A stretch of 64,000 bases of DNA from Deltaproteobacteria bacterium RIFCSPHIGHO2_02_FULL_44_16 (GCA_001798185.1 MGRM01000005.1:19925-83924), one strand, 5' to 3'; shown: positions 9,085 to 19,579, counted from the stretch's first letter. Numbers and translations are program-made. Notes: generated by a model from the sequence alone, not told the origin.

Positions 9085-9814
9085 AAATATCCTTATCACG
9101 GGAGCGAGTCGCGGGCTTGGGCGTGAACTGGCGCTTCACTGTGCTTCGCAAGGTGCACGCGTGTTTGCCATTGCACGTGACGAAGAAAAACTTCGTCTCT
9201 TAGCGGCAACGTCATCGCATATTCATCCCTATGTTGCCGACATTACGCAAGCAGCATGGTCAGACCAACTTCGTCGCATTCTTCACGAATATCCCATCGA
9301 CATTGCGATTCTGAATGCTGGCATCAAAGAACGATCAGAGCATCTCTTTTCACTTCCATCGGTAGAACGAACATTTGCCGTGAATGTTTTTGGTGCTTGT
9401 CGAACGGTTGAGGTTTTGCTTCCGCAGATGAGAGAGCAACAACATGGTCATCTTGTTTTTATTTCGAGTATGGGGGCTCATCACGGCATGGTTCAAGCTT
9501 CTGGATATAATGCTTCGAAGGCAGCGCTCCTGAACTTAGCCACCTCTTTACGTATGGATCTTGTTCGAGAAAAAATTCCGATCACCGTTACCGTGGTAGA
9601 GCCTGGATTATTTCGCACATCTATGATTTCATCCAAGGGACTCATGAATTGGTTGGCCATGGATGTGAGCGCTGTCTCCAAAAGAATTATAAAAGGGATT
9701 GTTCGTGGTGAAGAAAAAATTGTATGTCCAAAGTGGATGAGCTTTATGACCCAAGTGATTGCCCATGTTCCAGGACGATGGCAGAGAATGCTGCTGACGA
9801 GAGTGAAATCATGA
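9059..9814 (+). CDS. SDR family oxidoreductase.
   Basis: It has the ITGASRGLG motif, an SDR catalytic region (NASKAA) and a length of 251 aa. Confidence 0.75.
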   Translation: MKHSFFHDKNILITGASRGLGRELALHCASQGARVFAIARDEEKLRLLAATSSHIHPYVADITQAAWSDQLRRILHEYPIDIAILNAGIKERSEHLFSLPSVERTFAVNVFGACRTVEVLLPQMREQQHGHLVFISSMGAHHGMVQASGYNASKAALLNLATSLRMDLVREKIPITVTVVEPGLFRTSMISSKGLMNWLAMDVSAVSKRIIKGIVRGEEKIVCPKWMSFMTQVIAHVPGRWQRMLLTRVKS

Positions 9815-10575
9815 CTCATCTTTCCGTAATTATTCCGGTCTACAATGCTGAAGCGTTCGTGAAACAGAATGTCCAGAAGGTATTGGCGGAACTTGCAACA
9901 CAATCTTTTGCTTGGGAAGTGATCGCTGTCGATGATGGCAGTCGTGATCGATCTCTTCTCTTTCTGCAAGAGCTCGCCAAAGAAAATCCAGAGCTTCGAG
10001 TCGTTGAAAGCAAGTGTAATCGAGGAAAGGGACACGCCGTTCGATTGGGGATCGAACATGCGCAAGGACATTATGTGGTCTTTAATGATGTCGATTTAGC
10101 CTATCCCGTCAGTGAAATCTTTCGGCTCTTAGCGGTGCTTGAAAAAGGGACCGATATTGCTATTGCTTGTCGGGTGTTACCTGAATCTCGCTATGAAATC
10201 AGCCCTGCCTTTTTTCGTTATCTGTATACGCGCCATGTGATGGGACGTTTTTTTAATCTCCTTGTTCGCAAGCTCTTGCTTCCTGGCCTTTTGGATACAC
10301 AGGCAGGGCTTAAAGGTTTTCGGGCAGAAGTGGCGAAAACCGTTTTTGCGCGCCAAACTCTTTTTCGTTTTAGTTTTGATGTCGAAATTCTCTATATTGC
10401 GCAAAAATTCGGTTTCAAGATTGAACAGGTGCCAATTTTCTTTCGTTATTTCTTTGAGGAAACAACCGTCCGTTTTTTTGAGGATACGGTGAAGATGGTA
10501 AGTGATTTGTGTCGAATTAAATTGAATGATTGGAGAGGGCGATACAGTGCGACAACTCCTTGTAAATGCCGATGA
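9811..10575 (+). CDS. GT2 polyprenyl-phosphate glycosyltransferase (GtrB/ArnC/DPM1-like).
   Basis: LSVIIPVYNAE...VIAVDDGSRD is a GT-A DxD-type signature. The start at 9811 makes an ATGA overlap with the upstream SDR. Confidence 0.8.
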   Translation: MTHLSVIIPVYNAEAFVKQNVQKVLAELATQSFAWEVIAVDDGSRDRSLLFLQELAKENPELRVVESKCNRGKGHAVRLGIEHAQGHYVVFNDVDLAYPVSEIFRLLAVLEKGTDIAIACRVLPESRYEISPAFFRYLYTRHVMGRFFNLLVRKLLLPGLLDTQAGLKGFRAEVAKTVFARQTLFRFSFDVEILYIAQKFGFKIEQVPIFFRYFFEETTVRFFEDTVKMVSDLCRIKLNDWRGRYSATTPCKCR

Positions 10576-11404
10576 CTTCGGAATTTCCGAAGGCGTGAGT
10601 CGTGGCATTCTGTATTGCTATCAGAAGGGGATTGTTCGTTCTGCTTCGCTCATGGCAAATTTCCCTTCGTTTGAGACTGCGGTCTTGCTCGCACGACAAA
10701 ATCCTGGACTGAAAATAGGAGTGCATCTCAATGCGACCTCTGGAGTTCCGCTTCTTTCTCCAAAAACGATTCCTTCACTTGTGAGCTCACAAGGGATGTT
10801 TTATGCTCTGCATCCCTTGATTTCGCGCATGGTGTTGGGAAAGCTTGAGATGCCTGAACTCGAACAGGAATGGGCGGCTCAGATCGAACGTGTTCTTGGA
10901 GCTGGTCTCCAGCCGACGCATTTGGATACGCATCAACACGTGCACGGTTTTCCTGTCATTCGAAAACTCGTCACCCATTTAGCAAAACGTTTTTCCATTC
11001 CTCGAACGCGTCAGATGACAAACCTTCTTCGTCGAGGATTATATCTTCGTTCTCAGATGCTGTGGGATCGACACACCTATAGTGGTTGTCTGAAGACGCT
11101 GTTGCTTTCGATGCTCTCTCCTTTTGGTTCGCATGAGAAGAGGAAGAGACATTTGCTCGGAGTAGGGTATGTCCCTCAAGGTCAGTATCAGTCAGCACTG
11201 TTGCACTATTTCAAACATCTTCCGGAGAGCGATTCAGAACTTGTGTGCCATCCTGGATTTGTCGATGCTGAGCTTTCGCGCTGGGATCAGTGGACGCACA
11301 TGCGTGAGGAAGAATTAAAAGTGCTTTCTTCTTCGCAAACCTGGGACGCTCTTCAACATTATGGAGTTCATTTAGATGACACATCCTCTTCATTCCATTC
11401 GTGA
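10526..11404 (+). CDS. YdjC/ChbG/HpnK family carbohydrate deacetylase.
   Basis: The N-terminal LVNADDFGIS motif is typical of YdjC-like deacetylases. Confidence 0.7.
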   Translation: MIGEGDTVRQLLVNADDFGISEGVSRGILYCYQKGIVRSASLMANFPSFETAVLLARQNPGLKIGVHLNATSGVPLLSPKTIPSLVSSQGMFYALHPLISRMVLGKLEMPELEQEWAAQIERVLGAGLQPTHLDTHQHVHGFPVIRKLVTHLAKRFSIPRTRQMTNLLRRGLYLRSQMLWDRHTYSGCLKTLLLSMLSPFGSHEKRKRHLLGVGYVPQGQYQSALLHYFKHLPESDSELVCHPGFVDAELSRWDQWTHMREEELKVLSSSQTWDALQHYGVHLDDTSSSFHS

Positions 11405-12050
11405 TCAAGTTCGTCACCTTTATTGGCGTGAAAGCATGGGGCCATTTTTTGATCGCCTCTTTACACGTTTACGACTGAAGGTACTTCCTCTCGAAGTTCT
11501 CAATACGGTAGTTCCTGCTCAGGGGAAAATAGTTGAGATCGGTTGCGGGCATGGACTCATTTGCAATTATCTCGGTTTAGCAAACCCAGAACGTGAAATC
11601 ATTGGAGTCGATATCGATCCTCGTCGCATGACCATGGCAAAAACAACCTTGAATGGAAGGGAAAATGTTCATTTTCAAGAAGGACGTTTTGAACATTTTC
11701 ATTTTATCAATCTCGACATGGTCATTCTTTTTGGAGTTCTCTGTGTCATTCCGATCCGATATTGGGATGAACTCTTCGCCAATATTCATCGCGCGCTCAA
11801 GCCTGGTGGAGAGTTGCTCCTTCACGATATCCGTGTTGATGATTCAATGCTCTTTCGTCTTCACACCTTCAAAGAAACACTTTTTCGTGTGGTTGGCATT
11901 ACACGAGGTGAAGGAGTGAATGTGATGCCGCCAGATGTTTTGGAAAAGAGAATGATGCAATACGGTTTTACCGTTCGTGCACTTGGGCCCGAACTTGATG
12001 TCCCTTTTCACTCCTGTTTTACATGGCTTCTCACAAAACAATCACACTAA
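11376..12050 (+). CDS. Class I SAM-dependent methyltransferase.
   Basis: VEIGCGHGL (motif I) and LKPGGELLL (post-II) are present. Confidence 0.65.
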   Translation: MTHPLHSIRDQVRHLYWRESMGPFFDRLFTRLRLKVLPLEVLNTVVPAQGKIVEIGCGHGLICNYLGLANPEREIIGVDIDPRRMTMAKTTLNGRENVHFQEGRFEHFHFINLDMVILFGVLCVIPIRYWDELFANIHRALKPGGELLLHDIRVDDSMLFRLHTFKETLFRVVGITRGEGVNVMPPDVLEKRMMQYGFTVRALGPELDVPFHSCFTWLLTKQSH

Positions 12051-13567
12051 GTATCTTTGTGCTCATCCTCCTTCTTGCCTGCGGCTTAGGGTTCATGGCG
12101 GTTTTTGGAAACTTTGATACCAATGAAGGATGGTATGCCAACGATCTCTTTTTGGTCAGTCAAGGAATGCGACCTTACGAAGATTTTTTCTATCATCGGC
12201 TTCCGCTGTTTCTTTATAGTTTTGTCCCTTTTCAGTCATTCATCAGCATTGATTGGATCACGCTGCGAATTTTTTCAGCACTCTTTTTGTGGCTTGCTGC
12301 GTGTGGACTTGTTTGGCTGTTATGGGGACGTGTCCGACCTGCGCTGATCTGTTTGGCTATCGGACTTCTGTGCGTCAATATTCATGGCCTTCACATTTTT
12401 GCGACCGTGCAAGTCTATTCTATCGTGGCCTTTTTCTATATCGTGATACTTCTGGTTGTCGAAAAAGTTCGTACAGCATGGCTTTCTGTTCTTTTTTTTG
12501 CCTGTTTGTGTGTTGTTGCGCAGTGGATGCGTTATCCGATTGATTATCTCCCCTTTGTTTTTTTTCTTTATCTTTTCGTCGTCTTTTGGGGTCGCTGGTC
12601 GTTGATGTTGTTAGGCCTCGTTGTTTACGTGAGCTTGCACGCATTTCTTCTCTCACAGTTTGCTTCGGAGAAATTTTTTCATCACATCATTTTTGGTATG
12701 AATCCTTTTCAATATCTTCAGGGAGAACTTCCGAAGCTCGAGTTTGGATCGATGGCATGGTTGCGTTATAAGTCCGATTGGCTTCTCTCTGGCGTGCGTT
12801 GGTTTTTCCCTCTTTTGCTTTTGGGATTTCCCTTGCTTGTAGTTTTTTTCTCCCGGTACAAGTTTCGTTTTTGGTTGAATCGTTCTTTTCTTGCGAAACA
12901 TCGTGGAGCTTGGCTCGCATTTCTTCTCGTTACCGGAAATACAAGTATGTATCTTCTTGCTCCGGAAGGTCACCCGGTTCAACTCTATTATATTTTCCCT
13001 GTGTTGCTGTATCTTCTGTGTCATCTTCTCGATTGGGGTTTCTCGTTTTCACCTCCAATGCCACGATATGCCTTTTCGACAATGACCTTTGTTCTTGTGT
13101 TGAGTGCCCCTTGGCTGCATGACCGCGATGTTCGTCTCTCTTCCACGGCTCGCGATACTGCAATTGTCGCTCAGATAGCGACAGAGTTAAAAAAACATTG
13201 CTCTGCTGGTGAAGAGCTGCTTACGTTTACTCCGCTCGTGGCCATGGAAAGCTCCATGCGAGTGACTCCTGGACTTGAGTTTGAAACCTTTAGTTATTTT
13301 GATTCATTATCGACGTCAGAAGCAGCACAATATGGATTGATGAATCGTGAATTGTTGGTGCAACGTGTTCAAGAAAAACAACCTTGTGCGATTCACTTGG
13401 ATAACCGATTTCATCAAACTCAAGGAAATGCAGCTCGTTTACGTGCGATGCAAAAGGATTTTTTGCGCACCGTGACATTTCATTATCTTCCGCCTTCTTC
13501 CTTGGCTGAAACAGGATGGGAAGCGTTACGAGGACCAGTCTTCCTCTATTTTCGTCGTGAAAGTTAG
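12023..13567 (+). CDS. Polytopic membrane glycosyltransferase, GT-C fold (PMT/ArnT/GT39/83-like).
   Basis: This is a 514-aa protein with about 11 predicted transmembrane helices and an N-terminal region resembling dolichyl-phosphate-mannose/ArnT-type transferases. It is grouped with the GT2 and YdjC genes. Confidence 0.55.
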   Translation: MASHKTITLSIFVLILLLACGLGFMAVFGNFDTNEGWYANDLFLVSQGMRPYEDFFYHRLPLFLYSFVPFQSFISIDWITLRIFSALFLWLAACGLVWLLWGRVRPALICLAIGLLCVNIHGLHIFATVQVYSIVAFFYIVILLVVEKVRTAWLSVLFFACLCVVAQWMRYPIDYLPFVFFLYLFVVFWGRWSLMLLGLVVYVSLHAFLLSQFASEKFFHHIIFGMNPFQYLQGELPKLEFGSMAWLRYKSDWLLSGVRWFFPLLLLGFPLLVVFFSRYKFRFWLNRSFLAKHRGAWLAFLLVTGNTSMYLLAPEGHPVQLYYIFPVLLYLLCHLLDWGFSFSPPMPRYAFSTMTFVLVLSAPWLHDRDVRLSSTARDTAIVAQIATELKKHCSAGEELLTFTPLVAMESSMRVTPGLEFETFSYFDSLSTSEAAQYGLMNRELLVQRVQEKQPCAIHLDNRFHQTQGNAARLRAMQKDFLRTVTFHYLPPSSLAETGWEALRGPVFLYFRRES

Positions 13568-13597
13568 AAAAAATTAACACTCTTAAAGGAGAAAAGT

Positions 13598-14449
13598 ATG
13601 AAAAAAGGAAATTTTATTCAGAACTGGGATGTGAGTTACGAAGAATTAGCCACCACCTATAATGATGATCATATTCAATCGCGAGATGATCTGCTCCAAC
13701 TGCTCGAGTATGAATATGTGTACGAAGACATTATAAAAAATATCAAAAAACCAATTCATGAAATCAAAACCTTGGAAATTGGCTGCGGTGGAGCTCGTGT
13801 TTCTGTCTATTTGGCAAAGAAGGGGATGCAGGTCACCTGTACGGATAATGCTCGCGAAGCCTTGCGTTTAGCAGAAGCCAATTTCAAAAAAGAAAATGCA
13901 AAAAATTATACGTTAGTCGAAGATGATCTTTTGCATTCTAAACTCATTCCCGAGTCCTATGATGTGGTCATGAGTTTCGGATTGTTAGAGCATTTTCGAG
14001 ATCTTGATGAACTCTTTACAGCGATGTCTCGTTTTATTCGACCAGGTGGGATTCATATCCACGATATTATTACCAAACGATTTTCAATACGAAAGGTGAC
14101 AGAAATTTGGAATACGATTGCTCGTTTTTTGAAAAGATTTTTTACATTTCAATGGAAGAAAATGTTTACAGAAAGCTATATTCCCTTTCCTCATTATGAA
14201 AATAGTTATTCGCTTGATCAATATGTCGAAGCTATGGATCGCAGTGGATGTAATCTTGTTTATCGTGGCGGTATGGTTTTCTGGACATTTTTTGCACTTC
14301 CACGTTCTTGGCAAAGAGCTCTTGTAAGCTGGGCAAAACGTCATCCCGATTTTTTCCGCAACCTCGATCGTTCAGGGAAAAAGTGGATGGAAGTTGTGGG
14401 AGCAACGTGGTGGCTTGTTGGAAAGAAAAGAGAAAAAATAGGCTCTTAA
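13598..14449 (+). CDS. Class I SAM-dependent methyltransferase.
   Basis: LEIGCGGARVSVYLA is motif I. A good RBS (aaaggagaaaagtATG) precedes the start. Confidence 0.65.
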   Translation: MKKGNFIQNWDVSYEELATTYNDDHIQSRDDLLQLLEYEYVYEDIIKNIKKPIHEIKTLEIGCGGARVSVYLAKKGMQVTCTDNAREALRLAEANFKKENAKNYTLVEDDLLHSKLIPESYDVVMSFGLLEHFRDLDELFTAMSRFIRPGGIHIHDIITKRFSIRKVTEIWNTIARFLKRFFTFQWKKMFTESYIPFPHYENSYSLDQYVEAMDRSGCNLVYRGGMVFWTFFALPRSWQRALVSWAKRHPDFFRNLDRSGKKWMEVVGATWWLVGKKREKIGS

Positions 14450-16237
14450 GTGAAAATCTATTTTCTTTTTGAAAGAAATAAAAAACTACTGCGTTCTTTT
14501 ATCCAAGAGCATGCTCCAAAGCGACTCTTTGTGTCGCCGATGCTTCAAGAAGAATGTAGAGCGCAAGGAGTTGAGTGTACTTCTCTTGATGATCTTGGCG
14601 ATTTCTCTCAAGGAGAAATGAGTTACGCTCTTCGTGCTCGAGCTTTTTTGGATGAACTTCTGGTGCTTCATCGGAAACATGGATTTTTAAGGCTGAAGCA
14701 AGTTTCGTTTTTGGAAATAAATACGGCGCCGCTGATTCTTTACTATCTTCAAAAAAGTTTTCGGCTTCTTGAAATTACAGAAAAATTTCTCAATACGTTG
14801 CAGCCGATACAGGTGATTCTTAGTTCCAGTGATCACGATGTGGCTCGAGTGGTTTACGAGGAGTGTCTCCAAAGAAAAATTGAAGTTGAAGTTTTAGATC
14901 ACAAGAGAGGCAAAAAGATTTTTCCTTTTGCTCGTTCACTTGTATGGTTTTTGCGCGAGATCATGCTTTCATTTCGTTTTTTCGGAAAGCGTCAACCCAT
15001 TTCTCCCTGTCATGTTTTAATGGTGTGTAATGTGAAGCGACAATTTGAATCTTTTATTCCGGTGATTGAACAATTATTGAAGAGAAAGAATCAGCGACTT
15101 TGCGTTCTCACGAAATTTCCCTTGGATCCTTCACAACGTATTGTGAATGAGCGTTTACAATACATCACGTGGGCATCTGTGCGATCATATGGATATATTC
15201 CTCATCTTCTTTTATCGTGTGTGCGTCTTCTGAATTGTGAGCGAAGAAATTCTTTTACGAATCTCATTCAAACTCATGGTTTTCTTCGATGGATGCTTCA
15301 GAAGTGGTTTTCAGTAATGTGTTTGCGATCCGTGCGTGCTCTGGAGCTTTCTGGACGTGTGCTTCAAAAAACAAAGCCTCAGGTTATTGTCGTCAGTGAT
15401 GTTTCCGATTATGAAGCCAAAAGTATCACTGCTCTTGGGAAGTTCAAACAATGTAAAACCTTTTGTCTGCAGTATGGAATGCTTGCACCTCAAGATAGTG
15501 AATGGCATTATTTGCACCAGGATTACGTGGGAGCTTTTGATCACGAGAGCGCACATATCATGGCCGGTCATGGTATTGAACATCATCGTATTATTGTTAC
15601 CGGAAATCCACGCTTTGATCTCTATCGTCAAAATAAAAGGATGAGAAATGAATTTCGTGAGATACGTAACATTCCAAAAAATGCGCGGCTCGTTGCATTT
15701 ATGTCAGTCCCTGTTGCTTCTGAGGAAACTGGCGGGATTGAATCTGGTATGACCAAAAGCGAATATGAAACTATTCTGGAGACAATTTATGGACTTCTCA
15801 ACGACATGGATGGAATTTTTCTGGTCGTCAAGCCGCATCCAGAAGAAGATATTTCAATTCATCAAAAATTTCGTGCTGCTTCTCAGGAAGATCACTTTAA
15901 ATTTGTCACCAATTGCTCCGCGTATGAACTGCTCAACGCTGCAGATATTGTGATTACGCTTTATTCCACGACAGCACTTGAGGCGGTGTATCTCGACAAG
16001 CCGCTCTTTCTCCTGAATTTTCGACAAGGTGCAGATCTCGTCGATATTGCTGAGAGAGGTGCTGCCGTAAGCATTCGTTCGCGTGAAGAACTGGTGCAGG
16101 CTCTTCGCGATTATTTCCGGAATACAGAGATGGAAAAGAAATATGGTGAAGGAAGAAAACAATATCTCGCACAAATGGGAATAAAACCCGGAGAGAGTGC
16201 TTCGCGATGTGCGGAAGTGATCATGTCATTACATTAA
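14450..16237 (+). CDS. Capsule polysaccharide biosynthesis protein, GT-B-like (KpsC/KpsS or TagF-type glycosyl/phosphotransferase).
   Basis: The C-terminal half (VVKPHPEE...ADIVITLYSTTALEAVYLDKPL) resembles the KpsS/TagF catalytic domain. The ORF has a GTG start. Confidence 0.45.
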   Translation: MKIYFLFERNKKLLRSFIQEHAPKRLFVSPMLQEECRAQGVECTSLDDLGDFSQGEMSYALRARAFLDELLVLHRKHGFLRLKQVSFLEINTAPLILYYLQKSFRLLEITEKFLNTLQPIQVILSSSDHDVARVVYEECLQRKIEVEVLDHKRGKKIFPFARSLVWFLREIMLSFRFFGKRQPISPCHVLMVCNVKRQFESFIPVIEQLLKRKNQRLCVLTKFPLDPSQRIVNERLQYITWASVRSYGYIPHLLLSCVRLLNCERRNSFTNLIQTHGFLRWMLQKWFSVMCLRSVRALELSGRVLQKTKPQVIVVSDVSDYEAKSITALGKFKQCKTFCLQYGMLAPQDSEWHYLHQDYVGAFDHESAHIMAGHGIEHHRIIVTGNPRFDLYRQNKRMRNEFREIRNIPKNARLVAFMSVPVASEETGGIESGMTKSEYETILETIYGLLNDMDGIFLVVKPHPEEDISIHQKFRAASQEDHFKFVTNCSAYELLNAADIVITLYSTTALEAVYLDKPLFLLNFRQGADLVDIAERGAAVSIRSREELVQALRDYFRNTEMEKKYGEGRKQYLAQMGIKPGESASRCAEVIMSLH

Positions 16238-16246
16238 GGAGCCTTT

Positions 16247-17524
16247 ATGAATTATGCTGCACTTGAAAAATGTCGTATTTGTGGATCTCCCCATTTGACG
16301 CCAGTCATTGATTTGGGAGCTCAGATGCTTGCCACGGTGACAGTTACTGAGGAGAATAAAGATCGATATCCAAAAGAAAAGGTGCCGTTGGTCGTGGTGC
16401 GTTGCGATAAAGAAAAAAATCCAAAAGGATGTGGACTAGTACAGATGAAATATACGTATCCCAGCACAAATATTTATCGTGAATATTGGTACCGTTCGGG
16501 GGTCAATCAAACTATGCGCGATGTTCTCAAGGATGTGGTCGAATCTGCGATGCGTCGAGTTGACCTGCGTCCAGAAGATACGGTGCTTGATATCGGATGC
16601 AATGATGGAACTTTGCTCAGCAATTATGATCCAAAACTCAATCGTATTGGAATTGATCCTGTCGAAAATATTCGAGGAGAAAACGAAACATTTACGCGTG
16701 TCATCGGTTTTTTTAATGCGGCGAATTTCAATCGTGTTGCCAAAGGAAAAAAGGCAAAGATTATGACGAGTATTGCCATGTTCTATGACCTGGAAGACCC
16801 AAATGCGTTTGTCGCTGATATCGCAACGTGTTTAGCCGATGATGGCATCTGGATCGTGCAAATGGCAGATCTCCCGGAAATGCTTCAAAACAATATGTAT
16901 GATCAAATTGTTCATGAACATCTGGAATACTATCATATCGAACCTTTTCGTTATCTCGTTGAGCAGCATGGACTGAAAATTGTCGATATTGAGAAAAACT
17001 TGGCAAATGGAAGTAGCTATCGATTCTCGGTGCGCAAAGAGGGGAGTGCGTCTCCTTCCCCAGAGGCGCACAAGCGAATGGAACAATGGATGAAGGAAGA
17101 AGAAGCCCTTCATTTAACAGGTGAAGCTATTTACGATCGTTTTCGAAAAGATGTTTTGAACACGAAAGAAGAGCTCATTCGCTTTGTTCGAAGTGAACGC
17201 GCAAAAGGGAAAACGATCTTTGGTTATGGAGCTTCGACGAAAGGGAATGTTATTTTACAGTATTGCGGTTTTACGTCTGAAGATATCTCCTGCATTGCAG
17301 ATCGTAATCAATATAAATGGAATGGAGAAACAGTCGGGACGCATATTCCGATTATTTCAGAAGAAGAGGCGCGTCGCCAAAAACCGGACTACTTTCTCGT
17401 TCTTCCATATTACTTTGCGCAAGAAATGATGGTGAGAGAAAAAGAATATTTAAAGCATGGCGGGAAATTTGTGATTCCGCTTCCCCATGTCTCCTTGCTT
17501 GATGCGAGTGCCTTGCCCGCGTGA
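16247..17524 (+). CDS. Sugar C-methyltransferase (TylCIII/NovU-like): zinc ribbon, SAM methyltransferase domain and C-terminal C-methyltransferase domain.
   Basis: An N-terminal CRICGS zinc ribbon is followed by a class I methyltransferase core and a C-terminal domain. It sits adjacent to the GDP-sugar dehydratases. Confidence 0.6.
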   Translation: MNYAALEKCRICGSPHLTPVIDLGAQMLATVTVTEENKDRYPKEKVPLVVVRCDKEKNPKGCGLVQMKYTYPSTNIYREYWYRSGVNQTMRDVLKDVVESAMRRVDLRPEDTVLDIGCNDGTLLSNYDPKLNRIGIDPVENIRGENETFTRVIGFFNAANFNRVAKGKKAKIMTSIAMFYDLEDPNAFVADIATCLADDGIWIVQMADLPEMLQNNMYDQIVHEHLEYYHIEPFRYLVEQHGLKIVDIEKNLANGSSYRFSVRKEGSASPSPEAHKRMEQWMKEEEALHLTGEAIYDRFRKDVLNTKEELIRFVRSERAKGKTIFGYGASTKGNVILQYCGFTSEDISCIADRNQYKWNGETVGTHIPIISEEEARRQKPDYFLVLPYYFAQEMMVREKEYLKHGGKFVIPLPHVSLLDASALPA

Positions 17525-18513
17525 AAAAAAGAGCTCTTATTACTGGAGTCTTCGGCCAAGATGGAAGCTACGTTGCGGAGCTTCTTGCGAAAAAGGGATA
17601 TGAAGTCCATGGCATTGCACGCCTGCCCCTTTCAAAAAATGCTCAACGCATTTGTGCTTTCCTCCAAAAAAATGGGATCGACATCATAACTCATGAATGT
17701 CTTCTGGAAAAATATACCGATGTTCTTGCACTGATCTCAGCCCTGCGACCGCATGAATGTTATCATTTGGCGGCAACACATTATTCTTCGCAGGCAACAG
17801 AAGCTGAGCGCCTCACGATTGCCCGAGAACTTTATCAAAATAATATTATTTCTGCGTCCAATCTTCTGCATGCCATTCATGTTTCTTCTCCTGAAACCAA
17901 AGTCGTGTTCGCAGGATCGAGCCTTATGTTTGATGCTACAAACGAATCACCGCAAGATGAAACCACTCCTTTTTCAACCGCATCCATTTATGGACTTTCC
18001 AAGGTTGCGGCAGCAGAACTCGCTCGTTTTTATCGTGCACAGCATGGGATGCATGTGACCAATGCCATTCTTTACAATCATGAATCTCCTCGAAGGTCAT
18101 TTGATTTTGTGACACAAAAAATCGCGTGGAATGTGGCTCAGATCAAGATGGGGACATCGACCACAATGACACTTGGGAATCTTCATTCAGCAAAAGATTG
18201 GGGCTATGCTCAAGATTATGCGAATGGAATGTATCTCGCGGCACAGCAGGAGAAGAGTGACGATTATATTTTCGCAACCGGAGAACTTCATTCTGTAGAA
18301 GAATTTCTCTCGTATGCTTTTCGCGCGATTGGTGTTGAACAATGGCGTGACTATGTGACAATCGATGCAACCCTTGCCACAAAACTGGATACGCCGCTGA
18401 GAGGAAATGCACAGAAAGCTTATCAGCAATTGAATTGGAAACACACGCTGACCTTTTCAGAGCTTGCAGAAAAAATGGTCAACGCTGTTCTTGATGAAAA
18501 ATCAAAATTATAA
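17521..18513 (+). CDS. GDP-mannose 4,6-dehydratase family paralog, possibly a GDP-4-keto-6-deoxymannose reductase (Rmd-like).
   Basis: ITGVFGQDGSYVAELL and NHESPRRSFDFVTQKI are related to but diverged from the Gmd immediately downstream. The ORF has a GTG start. Confidence 0.6.
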   Translation: MKKRALITGVFGQDGSYVAELLAKKGYEVHGIARLPLSKNAQRICAFLQKNGIDIITHECLLEKYTDVLALISALRPHECYHLAATHYSSQATEAERLTIARELYQNNIISASNLLHAIHVSSPETKVVFAGSSLMFDATNESPQDETTPFSTASIYGLSKVAAAELARFYRAQHGMHVTNAILYNHESPRRSFDFVTQKIAWNVAQIKMGTSTTMTLGNLHSAKDWGYAQDYANGMYLAAQQEKSDDYIFATGELHSVEEFLSYAFRAIGVEQWRDYVTIDATLATKLDTPLRGNAQKAYQQLNWKHTLTFSELAEKMVNAVLDEKSKL

Positions 18514-18528
18514 CCACAAGGATGACGC

Positions 18529-19569
18529 ATGAAAAAAGCATTTATTTCAGGAATCACAGGACAGGATGGAAGTTATCTCGCAGAATTTTTACTTTCAAAG
18601 GGTTACGAAGTGCATGGATTGGTGCGTCGCTCCAGTAGTTTTAATCGAGAGCGTATTGATCATCTTTATGTGGATCAGCATCATAGTGGCTGCAAGCTCT
18701 TTCTTCACTACGGCGACATTTCTGATTCAGGAAGTCTCACGAACTTGCTTCACAGTATTCGTCCTGATGAAGTGTACAATCTCGGAGCACAAAGTCATGT
18801 GAAGGTAAGTTTTGAAATGCCTGAATATACCTCCGACGTTGTTGGACTTGGAACCATTCGGATGTTGGAAGCTATTCGACGAGCAAATGTGGGATGTAAA
18901 TTTTATCAAGCCTCGAGCAGTGAAATGTTTGGAAGTGCTCCACCTCCTCAACGTGAGACAACTCCTTTTGAGCCTCGTAGCCCCTATGCAGTTGCGAAAA
19001 TTATGGGTTACTATTCGACTCAAAATTATCGTGAAGCTTATGGTCTTTTTGCTTCCAACGGCATTCTTTTTAATCATGAAAGTCCAAGGCGTGGCGAATC
19101 CTTTGTGACCAGAAAAATCACGATCAGTATCGCACGTATTTTGGCGGGGAAACAAAACAAACTCTATTTGGGAAATCTGAAAGCAAAAAGAGATTGGGGA
19201 TATGCGCCCGATTATGTTGAAGCGATGTGGAAGATGCTGCAGTGTGAAACATCTGGTGATTTTGTGATTGGAACTGGTGAAACGCACTCGGTGGAAGAGT
19301 TTGTACAAGAGTCATTTGCCTATGCAGGTTTGAATTATCAAAAATATGTCGAGATTGATCCAAAGTATTTTCGTCCGCTTGAAGTCGATAATCTCCGTGC
19401 AGACATTACCAAAGTCAAAAAGAGTTTTGATTTTGAACCCCGTGTCAATTTTTCGGATCTCGTTAAAATTATGGTTGATGCTGATATCGAAAAAATAGGT
19501 CTTCCGTCAAAGGGCGAAGGAAGAAAGATACTTAAAGACAAAGACTTTTTCTGGCTTCGAAACATGTAA
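18529..19569 (+). CDS. gmd: GDP-mannose 4,6-dehydratase.
   Basis: [17 protein letters not shown]...VRRSSSFN...[17 protein letters not shown] is the canonical Gmd signature. Confidence 0.9.
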   Translation: MKKAFISGITGQDGSYLAEFLLSKGYEVHGLVRRSSSFNRERIDHLYVDQHHSGCKLFLHYGDISDSGSLTNLLHSIRPDEVYNLGAQSHVKVSFEMPEYTSDVVGLGTIRMLEAIRRANVGCKFYQASSSEMFGSAPPPQRETTPFEPRSPYAVAKIMGYYSTQNYREAYGLFASNGILFNHESPRRGESFVTRKITISIARILAGKQNKLYLGNLKAKRDWGYAPDYVEAMWKMLQCETSGDFVIGTGETHSVEEFVQESFAYAGLNYQKYVEIDPKYFRPLEVDNLRADITKVKKSFDFEPRVNFSDLVKIMVDADIEKIGLPSKGEGRKILKDKDFFWLRNM

Positions 19570-19579
19570 AGGGGAAATA

